Assembly (NCBI GenBank): GCA_039586795.1
Contig: JBDHJS010000006.1
Coordinates: forward strand, 96,001 to 160,000
Length of the DNA: 64,000 bases
From: Gemmatimonadota bacterium
GTDB taxonomy: Bacteria > Gemmatimonadota > Gemmatimonadetes > Palauibacterales > KS3-K002
Reading direction: 5' to 3'
In this document: piece after piece, positions 10,345 to 19,380 of the stretch
Numbering within the stretch: the first letter of the stretch is position 1
How the letters are laid out: each line of letters opens with the position of its first letter
The notes under the pieces: model-generated
Told to the model about the DNA's origin: nothing
Database searches by the model: none
The model's input: only the letters and a program-made list of their open reading frames with translations
Made by a program: the position numbers and the translations under genes

Positions 10345-11643
10345 CTACACGGCTTCCAGCAACGCGACGTGGCCCATGCCACCCGCCGCGCAGATGCTGA
10401 CCACCGCTTTCCCACCCGTCTGACTCAACTGCTTGACCGTCTGCGATAAGATGCGAGCACCGGTGGCGCCGAACGGATGACCCAACGCCACGCTGCCACC
10501 GTTCGGATTGATCCTGGTCTCCGGTACAGTCCCCAGCTCGGCCTCGACACCGGCACGCTCACGCACCCAGCCGCGGTCGTTCAGCGCTGCGATGGTGCAG
10601 AGCACTTGAGCCGCGAATGCCTCGTGAATCTCCCACAGATCGACATCGCCGTAGGCCAGGCCATGACGCTGCAGCAAGCGGGGCACGGCAATCGTCGGTG
10701 CCATCAGCAAGCCGTCCGCATCGATGTCGACGGCGGCGACCTCCCAGTCGATCAGCCGTGCACGGTACGGCACATCGTTGAACCGTTCCAGCCCATCCTC
10801 GGTCGTCACCCAGCAAGCGGCGGCGCCGTCGGTCAACGGCGAGGAGTTACCCGCTGTCAGCGTCCCGCGGCCGCTGGTTCGATCGAATACCGGCGCCAGT
10901 TTGCCTAACTTGTCCAGCGACGTGTCGGTGCGGGGAATCGCATCGCGCTCGAGGTCGGGGAATTGGTCTGAGACGAAGACGAGATCGTCGAAGAAGCCAC
11001 TCTCCCAGGCGGCAACCGCGTTCTTGTGGCTCGCCAATGCGAAACGATCCTGGCTGTCACGATCGATGCTCCAGGCCTTTGCTGTTATCTCGGCATGGTC
11101 GCCCATCGACAAACCGGTGGTTCGCTCCTTCACTCTGGGCGCCGACAACTTCAGGTGACGCAAGCGTAGCTGTCCCAACGCGGTCAAGAAGGCGCCTGTC
11201 CCTTTTGACTGGGCCACCCGACGAACGACTTGGCTCATCCCGTGCGTCAGGCCGGTCTGCACTTGGCTCATCGACTCAGAGCCCCCGCACACAGCAAGAT
11301 CGATCCTCCCGGCTTTGATCTGTCCGGCGGCGTGTGTCGCCGCCGCCAGGCTGGTGGCGCACTGCTGCACTACCGTCAGCGCGGGGACATGGGGCTCCAG
11401 CTCGGTATCCAGCCAGACCTCTCGAGCGACGTGGCTCACGGTCAGCGACGGGATAACGGATCCCCAGACGATTAGGTCGGGAGCTGCGCCATCTCGTAGA
11501 GCGGTCACCGCCTGCCGCACGACCGGCACCGACACGCCGACAGCATCCAGGTGCGCCAGCGGCCCATCGATCCTCGCGAAAGGCGTGCGCGGTCCCGCGC
11601 ACACATAGATGTTGCCTCGATCTCTCGTCTTATCTGTCTCCAT
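10345..11643 (-). CDS. Acetyl-CoA C-acyltransferase (thiolase, FadI-like)
   Basis: Catalytic Cys (QQCATS), HEAFAAQ, NGGSVALGHPFGATG and C-terminal SICAAGG. Confidence 0.93.
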   Translation of the reverse strand: METDKTRDRGNIYVCAGPRTPFARIDGPLAHLDAVGVSVPVVRQAVTALRDGAAPDLIVWGSVIPSLTVSHVAREVWLDTELEPHVPALTVVQQCATSLAAATHAAGQIKAGRIDLAVCGGSESMSQVQTGLTHGMSQVVRRVAQSKGTGAFLTALGQLRLRHLKLSAPRVKERTTGLSMGDHAEITAKAWSIDRDSQDRFALASHKNAVAAWESGFFDDLVFVSDQFPDLERDAIPRTDTSLDKLGKLAPVFDRTSGRGTLTAGNSSPLTDGAAACWVTTEDGLERFNDVPYRARLIDWEVAAVDIDADGLLMAPTIAVPRLLQRHGLAYGDVDLWEIHEAFAAQVLCTIAALNDRGWVRERAGVEAELGTVPETRINPNGGSVALGHPFGATGARILSQTVKQLSQTGGKAVVSICAAGGMGHVALLEAV

Positions 11644-11696
11644 CGTCGGCCTCCTGCTACTCGGCTAGGCGACGTCAAAACCGCTGCGGCCTGTCG

Positions 11697-12602
11697 TCAG
11701 GTTCCCCCCAGCTCGGCGACCGTGGCGAGTACCGCCCGGGTAACTTGCGCCATGAATTCAAAATCCAGGGTGTCGGCCCGGTCGGTGACTTGATGGTAGT
11801 GCGGATTTCTCAGAAACGCGGTGTCGGTGATCATCAGGGAGGGGTAGCGCCGATCCCAGAACGACGCGTTGTCGCTCAGCCGGGTGAGCGGCAGCGCCCA
11901 GCCCCTCAAGTACGTGCCGTAGGTGACGACGACCAGCTCGGGCACGTGGCGAGCCGCCGCCCCCGCGAAGCCGCGCAGCAATCGACGCGATCGACGGTCA
12001 CCCACCGCTGCCAGGAACGTCCCCGAGTCCGGGACACGCTTGAAGATGAACGGCGGAACCTGTTGTGTCCCCGAACGGCGATCGGTGTAGCCCACCATCT
12101 CGAGAACCAGGGCGCCCGCGTATTGTCGCCCCTCCTTGCGAGCTTGCCGAGCGAACCGCGCGCTTCCGACGCGGTAAGTGCCCACCATGTCCTGGGGTTC
12201 TTCCAAGTTGAACCCGACGAACTGGATGGTTCGCTGCGGTGCCAAACTGGCCGAACACCGGGCGACCTCCAGCATCGTGGCGACGCCGCTGGCGTTGTCG
12301 TCGGCGCCCGGTGAGCTGGAAACGGTATCGAAGTGCGCGCCTACCAGCAGCCAGGGGAGTTTCGGCTCCGAGCCTTCCAGCGTGCCGACCACATTGTTGT
12401 AGCTGATGTCGCGGAGCGTGAATGGTTGCCGCGTGACGGACAGCCCGGCGGCGCTCAACTCGTCGACCACGAACGCCTCGGCCTCGGCGAGCGCCTCCGG
12501 TGCCGCCTTCGGATGGCGCGGCCCCTCCAGCCGCCGGACATCGCGCTCGAGGCGAACGGGATCGACCCGCGCGAGGATATCGGCCAGGTGCGTGTCATTC
12601 AT
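11697..12602 (-). CDS. M28 family peptidase
   Basis: VGAHFDT, GADDNASG, FNLEE, SDNASF and YHQVTD zinc-ligand motifs. Confidence 0.9.
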   Translation of the reverse strand: MNDTHLADILARVDPVRLERDVRRLEGPRHPKAAPEALAEAEAFVVDELSAAGLSVTRQPFTLRDISYNNVVGTLEGSEPKLPWLLVGAHFDTVSSSPGADDNASGVATMLEVARCSASLAPQRTIQFVGFNLEEPQDMVGTYRVGSARFARQARKEGRQYAGALVLEMVGYTDRRSGTQQVPPFIFKRVPDSGTFLAAVGDRRSRRLLRGFAGAAARHVPELVVVTYGTYLRGWALPLTRLSDNASFWDRRYPSLMITDTAFLRNPHYHQVTDRADTLDFEFMAQVTRAVLATVAELGGT

Positions 12603-12631
12603 GGTCGCATGGGAGCGGCGACCGACGTGTC

Positions 12632-13276
12632 CTAGTGCTCGATATAAGCCTTCTCGATGATCACTGGCTCCACGGGCACGTCAGCCATGCGGCCGACGGT
12701 CTGCGTCGGCACGTCGGCGATTGCATCGACGACGTCCATACCCTCGATCACTGTGCCGAACACACAGTAACCCCAACCTGCTTGCGTCGGCGCGACGTGA
12801 TCGAGATTCGGGTTGTCCACGTGGTTGATATAGAACCCGGCCGATGCGCTGTGCGGCTCCCCCGTGCGGGCCATCGCCACGGAGCCGCGAACGTTCTTCA
12901 GTCCGTTGTCGGCCTCGTTCTGCAGCGTGGGCTTCGGCGACTGCCGCGCAGCCATCTCGGCCGTGAAGCTGCCGGTCTGGATCATGAAGCCGGATATCAC
13001 CCGGTGGAAGGTCAGGCCGTCGTAGAACCCGTTCTCGACGTGCCACACGATGTTCTCCACTGTCTTCGGCGCCGCCTCACGGTCCAGTTCCATCACGATC
13101 TTGCCCTTGTTCGTCTCCAGCACCACTCGTGGTGTCATGCTCATCGTCCCCAGATCTGGTGGAAGCGGGGCGTCCTCCGACCCGCCAGCCGTGTCCATGT
13201 TCGCGCTCTCTTCGCTAGCGCAGCCGAAGGCCGCGATCGCCACGGCCAGCAGCATCATCGTTCCACGCCGGTTCAT
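12632..13276 (-). CDS. ppiA: Cyclophilin-type peptidyl-prolyl isomerase, lipoprotein
   Basis: Lipobox AFGC, FYDGLTFHRVI, FMIQ, GSVAMART and GYCVFG. Confidence 0.9.
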   Translation of the reverse strand: MNRRGTMMLLAVAIAAFGCASEESANMDTAGGSEDAPLPPDLGTMSMTPRVVLETNKGKIVMELDREAAPKTVENIVWHVENGFYDGLTFHRVISGFMIQTGSFTAEMAARQSPKPTLQNEADNGLKNVRGSVAMARTGEPHSASAGFYINHVDNPNLDHVAPTQAGWGYCVFGTVIEGMDVVDAIADVPTQTVGRMADVPVEPVIIEKAYIEH

Positions 13277-13453
13277 ATGCGTTCCGTCCCTTCCTGTCTG
13301 TGTGCCCGCATTGACTACCGTCCGGCGGCCCCATCACGCGCCCGTCTTGTGCCCAAGGGGGCCGCCACCAATACTCAACGCCTGTTGCTTGCCCACATGA
13401 TGGACCATCAACGCCCGTTCCGCTACCGGAGCACTTGAGCCCGGAGGCCCAAA

Positions 13454-14863
13454 ATAGACCCGACAGCTCTCTCCCTTCTGCCCCCCGTTCTCGCCATCGG
13501 TCTGGCCATCTGGACCCGCCAGGTCTACGTGGCCCTCGCCGCCGGCATCTGGCTCGGCTGGACCATCCTCAGCGGCGGCAACCCCATCGCCGGCCTCGGC
13601 GGCGCCATCGAGGGGACCGTGCAGGTCCTGGGCGACCCGGGTAACGCCCGCGTCTTGATGTTCAGCATCTTGATCGGCTCGCTGGTCATTTACGTGGAGG
13701 CGTCGGGGGGTGTTGAGGGATTCGTGCGCTGGCTCGAGGGACGCCGATTGGTCAGAAGCGCTCGCGGCGCCGGCGTGCTGGCCTGGCTCATCGGCATCGC
13801 CATCTTCATCGAGTCGAACATCACTCTTCTGGTAGCTGGCGCCGTGTGCCGCCCGCTCTTCGATCGCTACGGGTCGGCGCGGGAGAAGCTGGCGTATATC
13901 GCCGACTCGACGTCGGCGCCCATCTGTATCCTGATCCCGTTCAACGCCTGGGGCGCGTTGGTGCTCGGAATACTCGGCAGCCTGGCGGTCGCCGAACCGC
14001 TCTCCGTCTTCGTCGCCGCGATCCCCCTCAATCTCTATGCCATAGCCGCCGTCATCCTGGCCGGCTTCACCGCGTTCACCGGCCTCCAACTCGGGCCGAT
14101 GAAGACCGCGGAAGCGCGCGCCGCCCAGGGGATCGTGCTGAGCCCCGAGGGAGAGGCAACCGTAGATGAGGAGCTGTTCAAGGTGCGGTTCTCCCGGGAC
14201 GTGCAGCCACGCGCGGTGAACATGGTGGTTCCGATTCTGGTGATGGTCGCCACCATGCCCATCGGCCTCTTTGTGACGGGCGACGGCGTGCTCGGCCAGG
14301 GCTCGGGCTCCACCAGCGCCCTGTGGGCCGTGATCGCCGGCAACATCGCCGCCGTGGTGCTGATACTCATCCAGCGTTTCGCGTCATTGGATGAGGTGGT
14401 GCGCGTCGGTCTCAAAGGGATGGAGGCCCTGCTTGGCCTGGTGCTCATATTGCTGCTGGCCATCACGCTCGGAGATATCTGCGTGCGCCTGGGGACGGGA
14501 CCCTACGTCGCCGAACTGGTCCGCGACATCGCCCAGCCCGTCCTGCTGATCCCCGCCACCTTCCTCGCCGCAGCCTTCGTCGCCTTTTCCACCGGCACCA
14601 GCTGGGGCACCTTCGCAATCATGATTCCGATCGCCGTACCCGCCGCCGAAGCTCTGGGTCTTCCGCTTGCGCCATTCCTGGCTGCCTCGCTGTCAGGCGG
14701 CGTCTTCGGCGATCACGCCAGCCCGATCAGCGACACGACGATCGTCGCCTCGCTGGCCTCGGCCACCGACGTGATCGACCATGTCCGAACCCAGATACCC
14801 TATGCTGTGATAGCAGGCAGCGTTGCTATAGTCGGGTTCGCTATAGTAGGCCTGTTTGTTTGA
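13454..14863 (+). CDS. Na+/H+ antiporter NhaC-family transporter (apparent ATA start)
   Basis: REKLAYIADSTSAP, FSTGTSWGTFAIMIP and GGVFGDHASPISDTT motifs. The family-like N-terminus (xDPTALSLLPPVLAI) begins at ATA 13454, 6 nt after GGAGG. Confidence 0.85.
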   Translation: MDPTALSLLPPVLAIGLAIWTRQVYVALAAGIWLGWTILSGGNPIAGLGGAIEGTVQVLGDPGNARVLMFSILIGSLVIYVEASGGVEGFVRWLEGRRLVRSARGAGVLAWLIGIAIFIESNITLLVAGAVCRPLFDRYGSAREKLAYIADSTSAPICILIPFNAWGALVLGILGSLAVAEPLSVFVAAIPLNLYAIAAVILAGFTAFTGLQLGPMKTAEARAAQGIVLSPEGEATVDEELFKVRFSRDVQPRAVNMVVPILVMVATMPIGLFVTGDGVLGQGSGSTSALWAVIAGNIAAVVLILIQRFASLDEVVRVGLKGMEALLGLVLILLLAITLGDICVRLGTGPYVAELVRDIAQPVLLIPATFLAAAFVAFSTGTSWGTFAIMIPIAVPAAEALGLPLAPFLAASLSGGVFGDHASPISDTTIVASLASATDVIDHVRTQIPYAVIAGSVAIVGFAIVGLFV

Positions 14864-15054
14864 CTATTTCGACAGCCGACAGCCGACAGCCGCGTACCAG
14901 CGACCGAGGACAATTCGGCGCCCAACTCCCGACGCCCGAATCCGACGCCCGACTCTCGCGAACGTCGAATTACGAGAGTCGGACGTCGAACGTAGATCGC
15001 CGAATTGTCCTCGGCCGTCGAGCGGCGAATATCGGCTGTCGGCTGTCGAAATAG
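14864..15054. repeat. 191-bp nested inverted-repeat element with CAGCCGA heptamers (copy 1)
   Basis: Perfect 23-bp terminal IR (14864-14886 / 15032-15054), 17-bp inner IR (14904-14920 / 14998-15014) and 10-bp innermost IR (14949-14958 / 14973-14982). Confidence 0.85.
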
Positions 15055-15200
15055 CCAACGATCGATGCCCGTCCCCCGTCGGCCGTCGAACGTCGCCCGT
15101 CCCGATCCTATTCCCCGAATCCCCGATTCCTCTTCCCCCGATCGCAAAGAGCATATAGCTTCCCGCCCAGATACAGCCCCAAAACCCCTTGGATGGCTTG

Positions 15201-16064
15201 ATGTCTGAAGAAATAGTCTATTTGAACGGGGCCTTCGTGCCCCACGCCGAGGCAACGATTTCCGTCGAGGACCGCGGCTTCAACTTCGCCGACGGCATCT
15301 ACGAGGTCATACGCGTCGTCGCCGGCCGGCCGTTCCGTATCGAGGCGCATCTCGATCGCTTCGAGGGCGGCGCCCGGGCTCTCGAGATCGATCTGCCGTA
15401 CGAGCGCAACCGCATCCGCCAGGCCATCGTCGAGACTGCCCAGGCCAACTCGGTGGAAGAGGGGACGGTCTACGTTCAGCTGACCCGGGGCGCGGCGCCT
15501 CGTAGCCACGCCTTCCCCGGAAGCGTCACCCCAACGCTGGTCATGCTGGCCCGGGAATCCCCCGGACCCTCGAAAGAGGCGCTCGAGAACGGCGTCGCCG
15601 TGGTGACCGCCCCCGATCTGCGCTGGGGCTACTGCGAGGTGAAGACGATCGGGCTGCTCCCCAACGTCATGGCTTATCAGTATGCTCGATCCGAGGGCTG
15701 CTTCGAGGCGATCATGGTCCGCGATGGCGTGGTAACCGAAGGCGCCCACACCAGCGCCTTCTGCGTCCGCGACGGCGCGGTCTACACCCACCCGATCGAC
15801 AACCTGTTGCCGGCGATCACCCGCAAGTTCTTGATCGAGGCGTTCCGCACCGAAGGAGTCGAAGTACACGAGGTCGGTGTCCCGGTAGAGCAATTCCGAT
15901 CCGCCGACGAGGCGTTCCTCACCGGGACGACCACCGAGGTTATGGCCATTGTATCCATCGATGGTGAGCCGGTCGGCTCCGGTACGCCGGGCAGGCTGAC
16001 GCAGCTGGGCTTTGAGTTGTACCGACGCGAGTTGGACGCGGCGCGCGCCGCAGCGGCCGGCTGA
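15201..16064 (+). CDS. dat: D-amino-acid transaminase (PLP class IV aminotransferase)
   Basis: EDRGFNFADGIYEV, YVQLTRG..PRSH, DLRW..CEVKTIGLLPN and EAFLTGTTTEV. Confidence 0.85.
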   Translation: MSEEIVYLNGAFVPHAEATISVEDRGFNFADGIYEVIRVVAGRPFRIEAHLDRFEGGARALEIDLPYERNRIRQAIVETAQANSVEEGTVYVQLTRGAAPRSHAFPGSVTPTLVMLARESPGPSKEALENGVAVVTAPDLRWGYCEVKTIGLLPNVMAYQYARSEGCFEAIMVRDGVVTEGAHTSAFCVRDGAVYTHPIDNLLPAITRKFLIEAFRTEGVEVHEVGVPVEQFRSADEAFLTGTTTEVMAIVSIDGEPVGSGTPGRLTQLGFELYRRELDAARAAAAG

Positions 16065-16118
16065 AGACTGGACAGCACGAACTTGATGCCAACAACGGAA
16101 ACCGATGAGGTATTGAAG

Positions 16119-17321
16119 ATGGGACGCAGCGAGGACTTGATTCGCGAAGTCGATACATGGAGCGCGCATAATTACCACCCGCTTCCCGTCGTGTTGGAGC
16201 GGGGCGACGGATGCTGGGTCTGGGACGTGGACGGTAATCGCTACCTGGACATGCTGAGTGCCTACTCGGCTGTGAACCAGGGTCACCGTCACCCACGGAT
16301 CATCGCCGCGATGACGGAGCAGGCCTCACGCCTGACCCTCACCTCGCGCGCGTTTCACAACGACCAGATGGGAGCCTTCCTCCACAAGGTCTGCGATCTG
16401 GTGGGTTACCCGAAGGCACTGCCCATGAACACCGGCGCCGAGGCGGTGGAGACCGCCATCAAGGCCGTCCGCAAGTGGGGGTACAATGCCAAGGGCGTGT
16501 CGCCCGATGCGGCAGAGATCATCGTCTGCGAAAACAACTTCCATGGTCGCACGACCACCATCGTCGGCTTCTCCAGCGAGGAGCAGTATCGCGCTGGGTT
16601 CGGTCCTTTCACGCCCGGTTTCCGGCTGATCCCGTACGGCGATGCCGATGCGTTGGCCGACGCCATCAACGAGAACACCGTCGGTTTCCTAGTCGAGCCG
16701 CTGCAGGGCGAAGGCGGAGTGATCGTACCGCCGGACGGCTTCATGAAGAGAGCCGCCGAGCTCTGCCGCGAGGCGAACGTCAAGTTGATGGCCGATGAGA
16801 TTCAGACCGGGCTCGGGCGCACCGGCAAGATGCTGTGCAGCGATTGGGATAATGTTCGGCCCGACGTCGTGATGCTGGGTAAGGCGCTGGGCGGCGGCGT
16901 CTATCCCGTCTCCGCATGCGTCGCCGATGAGGATGTCATGGACGTCTTCGCGCCCGGCGACCACGGATCCACCTTCGGCGGCAACCCGCTGGGCGCCGCC
17001 GTCGGTAGCGCGTCACTGGATGTGATTGTCGACGAGAATCTCTCCGAGCGTGCCGCCGAGCTCGGTTCCTGGTTCATGAACGAACTGGTCGGCATCGGGT
17101 CGCCGCACGTCGAGGAAGTCCGCGGCAAGGGCATGATGATCGGCGTGGTAATCAAGGAATCGTCGGGTACCGCGCGGCCCTTCTGCGAAGCGCTGATGGC
17201 GAAGGGTATCCTCGCCAAGGAGACGCACCACCAGGTGGTACGGTTCGCGCCGCCCCTGGTCATCACGCGCGAGATTCTGGAAGAGGCGCTCGAGTCGATC
17301 CGTCAGGTGCTGTCAGCCTGA
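16119..17321 (+). CDS. rocD: Ornithine--oxo-acid transaminase
   Basis: AHNYHPLPVV, SAYSAVNQGHRHP, NFHGRT, EPLQGEGG, DEIQTGLGRTG, LGKALGGG and HGSTFGGNPL. Confidence 0.94.
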   Translation: MGRSEDLIREVDTWSAHNYHPLPVVLERGDGCWVWDVDGNRYLDMLSAYSAVNQGHRHPRIIAAMTEQASRLTLTSRAFHNDQMGAFLHKVCDLVGYPKALPMNTGAEAVETAIKAVRKWGYNAKGVSPDAAEIIVCENNFHGRTTTIVGFSSEEQYRAGFGPFTPGFRLIPYGDADALADAINENTVGFLVEPLQGEGGVIVPPDGFMKRAAELCREANVKLMADEIQTGLGRTGKMLCSDWDNVRPDVVMLGKALGGGVYPVSACVADEDVMDVFAPGDHGSTFGGNPLGAAVGSASLDVIVDENLSERAAELGSWFMNELVGIGSPHVEEVRGKGMMIGVVIKESSGTARPFCEALMAKGILAKETHHQVVRFAPPLVITREILEEALESIRQVLSA

Positions 17322-17669
17322 GGCCAGCGGTAGGACATCGGCCACAACTCGACGGCCGTCATCGTGCCAGCGCAGTCGCGCTCGTGGCATGATGAACATG
17401 CGCCCGTCTCGCAGGTCCTCGAGCAGCAGCGCACAGACCGCCGCGTCACCGCTCCAGAAAGTGCGTTGTCCGAAGAGATGCCCGTTGCTGCAGCGCTGGC
17501 GACCGAAGAAGTCGCACTGCGTGTACGTCCCGCAAACGGGGCAGGGGATTTCGATCGGATAGGGCCGGCGGACCGGCCATATTTCCGCGTCCCGCCAGCG
17601 CAACTCCGTCTGCGCCTCGGGGAATGGCGACGATGCGAAATCTTCGGGACCAGCTTTGAGAGGATCCAT
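17313..17669 (-). CDS. Hypothetical protein with a possible zinc ribbon
   Basis: CPVCG...CSNGH motif. Fills the gap between rocD and the next gene. Start uncertain (17669 or 17717). Confidence 0.5.
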   Translation of the reverse strand: MDPLKAGPEDFASSPFPEAQTELRWRDAEIWPVRRPYPIEIPCPVCGTYTQCDFFGRQRCSNGHLFGQRTFWSGDAAVCALLLEDLRDGRMFIMPRARLRWHDDGRRVVADVLPLASG

Positions 17670-17697
17670 TATCGCCCATAATAGCCGGGTCGCCCGC

Positions 17698-18873
17698 TTG
17701 CGGGGAAGCCCGGGCAATGCCGACCTCCGGCTTCTCGGCGGTGTCTTCGCCGCTGTAGCGCTCGGCGCTTGCGGCGATGCGCCGCGCGTCGGGCCGCCGC
17801 CGGAGATGCCGCAGCTGTCTGCCCGCGTCGAGGTCGAAGAAGCGATCGTCGAATTAGTCGCTCAGAACCTCGAGATCGTCTGGAGCATCGATTTCGCTCC
17901 CGACGGCAGGATCTTCCTGACCGAGCGACCCGGTCGCGTCCGCATCATCGATCCCCAGGACGGGTTGCTGCCAACGCCGTGGGCCGAGATCGATGTGTGG
18001 GATCGAGGTGAAGCGGGGCTTCTCGGTCTGGCGCTCCACCCGGCCTTCGCCGATTCCGCCTTCGTCTATGTCATGTACACGTACCGAACGGTCTCCGGGC
18101 CGCATGGCCGCGTCAGCCGGTTCCGTGAGGTCGATGGACGGGGCGATGCGGAGCAGGTGATCCTCGACGGGATCCCGGCCGCCGCACGGCATTCCGGCGG
18201 GGCGCTCGCTTTCGGACCTGATGGCAAGCTCTACGTCGGGACCGGCGACGCGACGCGCCCCGTCATAGCCCAGGCCATCGCGTCGTTGGGTGGTAAGATC
18301 CTGCGGATCAACCCCGACGGCTCCATCCCCGACGACAACCCCTACGGGGCTTCGCCTCTCTTCGCGCTGGGTTTCCGCAACGTGCAGGGCTTCGATTGGG
18401 ACCCCATCACCGGACACATGTTTGCCACCATGCATGGCCCCACGGGCGAGTGGCGCCTGTTCGGACGCGACGAGGTGAACGTAATCGAGCCGGGTGGCAA
18501 CTACGGGTGGCCCGTGGCCGTCGGTGTCAGCGCTACGCCCGAACTGGTCGATCCGCTCCTCGAGTACAGTCCGGCCGTGGCGCCGGCTGCGGCCGCGTTC
18601 TATGACGGGCCGATAGCGCTGTGGCGTGGCGACCTGTTCTTCGCGACGTTACGCGGCGAGCATCTGCATCGCGTCACGTTCACGGAGGACAGAAGCGGGG
18701 TCATCGCCATTGAGCGACTCTGGCCCGATGTCTATGGCCGTATCCGCGCTCTGAGGCGCGGGCCGGATGGATATCTTTACTTCGGTACAAGCAATCACGA
18801 TGGCCGAGGTTATCCGCGCCCGGGAGACGATCAGCTGTTCCGCGTCGTGCCGGCTGACGACATCACGGAATGA
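17698..18873 (+). CDS. PQQ-dependent sugar dehydrogenase (GSDH family), lipoprotein
   Basis: GEAGLLGLALHPAF, HSGGALAFGPDGKLY, GFRNVQG, GGNYGWP and lipobox LGAC. Start codon uncertain. Confidence 0.88.
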   Translation: MRGSPGNADLRLLGGVFAAVALGACGDAPRVGPPPEMPQLSARVEVEEAIVELVAQNLEIVWSIDFAPDGRIFLTERPGRVRIIDPQDGLLPTPWAEIDVWDRGEAGLLGLALHPAFADSAFVYVMYTYRTVSGPHGRVSRFREVDGRGDAEQVILDGIPAAARHSGGALAFGPDGKLYVGTGDATRPVIAQAIASLGGKILRINPDGSIPDDNPYGASPLFALGFRNVQGFDWDPITGHMFATMHGPTGEWRLFGRDEVNVIEPGGNYGWPVAVGVSATPELVDPLLEYSPAVAPAAAAFYDGPIALWRGDLFFATLRGEHLHRVTFTEDRSGVIAIERLWPDVYGRIRALRRGPDGYLYFGTSNHDGRGYPRPGDDQLFRVVPADDITE

Positions 18874-18879
18874 CGTGTC

Positions 18880-19380
18880 ATGCTAGAACCCGGACTACTC
18901 TACTTCGCCTACGGCTGTAACATGGACCGCGAGTTTCTATCGGAAGTCCTCAGCTTCGAGCTGCGGCCCGGCTACGTGGCCCGTGCCGACGGCTGGCGCC
19001 TCGCCTTCAACAAGGGTGGAGAAGGCGAAGGCGACTCGGTCTGCGTCAACCTGATGCCGGCTGACGATTGCTGCGTTTACGGTGTGATCTTCAGCGTGCC
19101 CAACAAGTCACTCCCGGCGTTGGATGAGTTCGAGGGCGTTCCAGAACACTACCGGCGCGAGACGTTGTGGGTGCAGCCGGAGGGGCGTCACGGCCGACAG
19201 GCGGCTCTTGCCTACGTGGCTCAGCCGGAGTGGGTCGTGGAGGAGGGAGTCCTCGATCCCGACTACCTACAGACGCTTCTTCGTGGCGCCGCCGACCACG
19301 GCTTGCCCGATATCTACATCGATTGGGTGGCGGATCTGGCGCGTGGCGCGGCGATCGGCCCGTTCAGGCCCCTTACATAG
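18880..19380 (+). CDS. Gamma-glutamylcyclotransferase family protein
   Basis: LYFAYGCNM (YFAYGSN-like), VYGVIF, LDEFEG...YRR and Y...GA..HGLP..Y. Confidence 0.85.
   Translation: MLEPGLLYFAYGCNMDREFLSEVLSFELRPGYVARADGWRLAFNKGGEGEGDSVCVNLMPADDCCVYGVIFSVPNKSLPALDEFEGVPEHYRRETLWVQPEGRHGRQAALAYVAQPEWVVEEGVLDPDYLQTLLRGAADHGLPDIYIDWVADLARGAAIGPFRPLT

Noticed and set aside
14864..15054. Repeats here and at 50986, 53717, 56324 and 62265 as CRISPR arrays
   Set aside because: Units are 6-7 bp and inverted, with no constant repeat plus unique spacer pattern and no cas genes.
15108..16292. Long antisense or alternative-frame ORFs (e.g. 15108..16292 -, 49530..50708 -, 59487..60410 -, 35981..36802 +, 33294..34211 -)
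   Set aside because: They are shadows of well-supported genes, expected in high-GC DNA, and carry no recognisable motifs.
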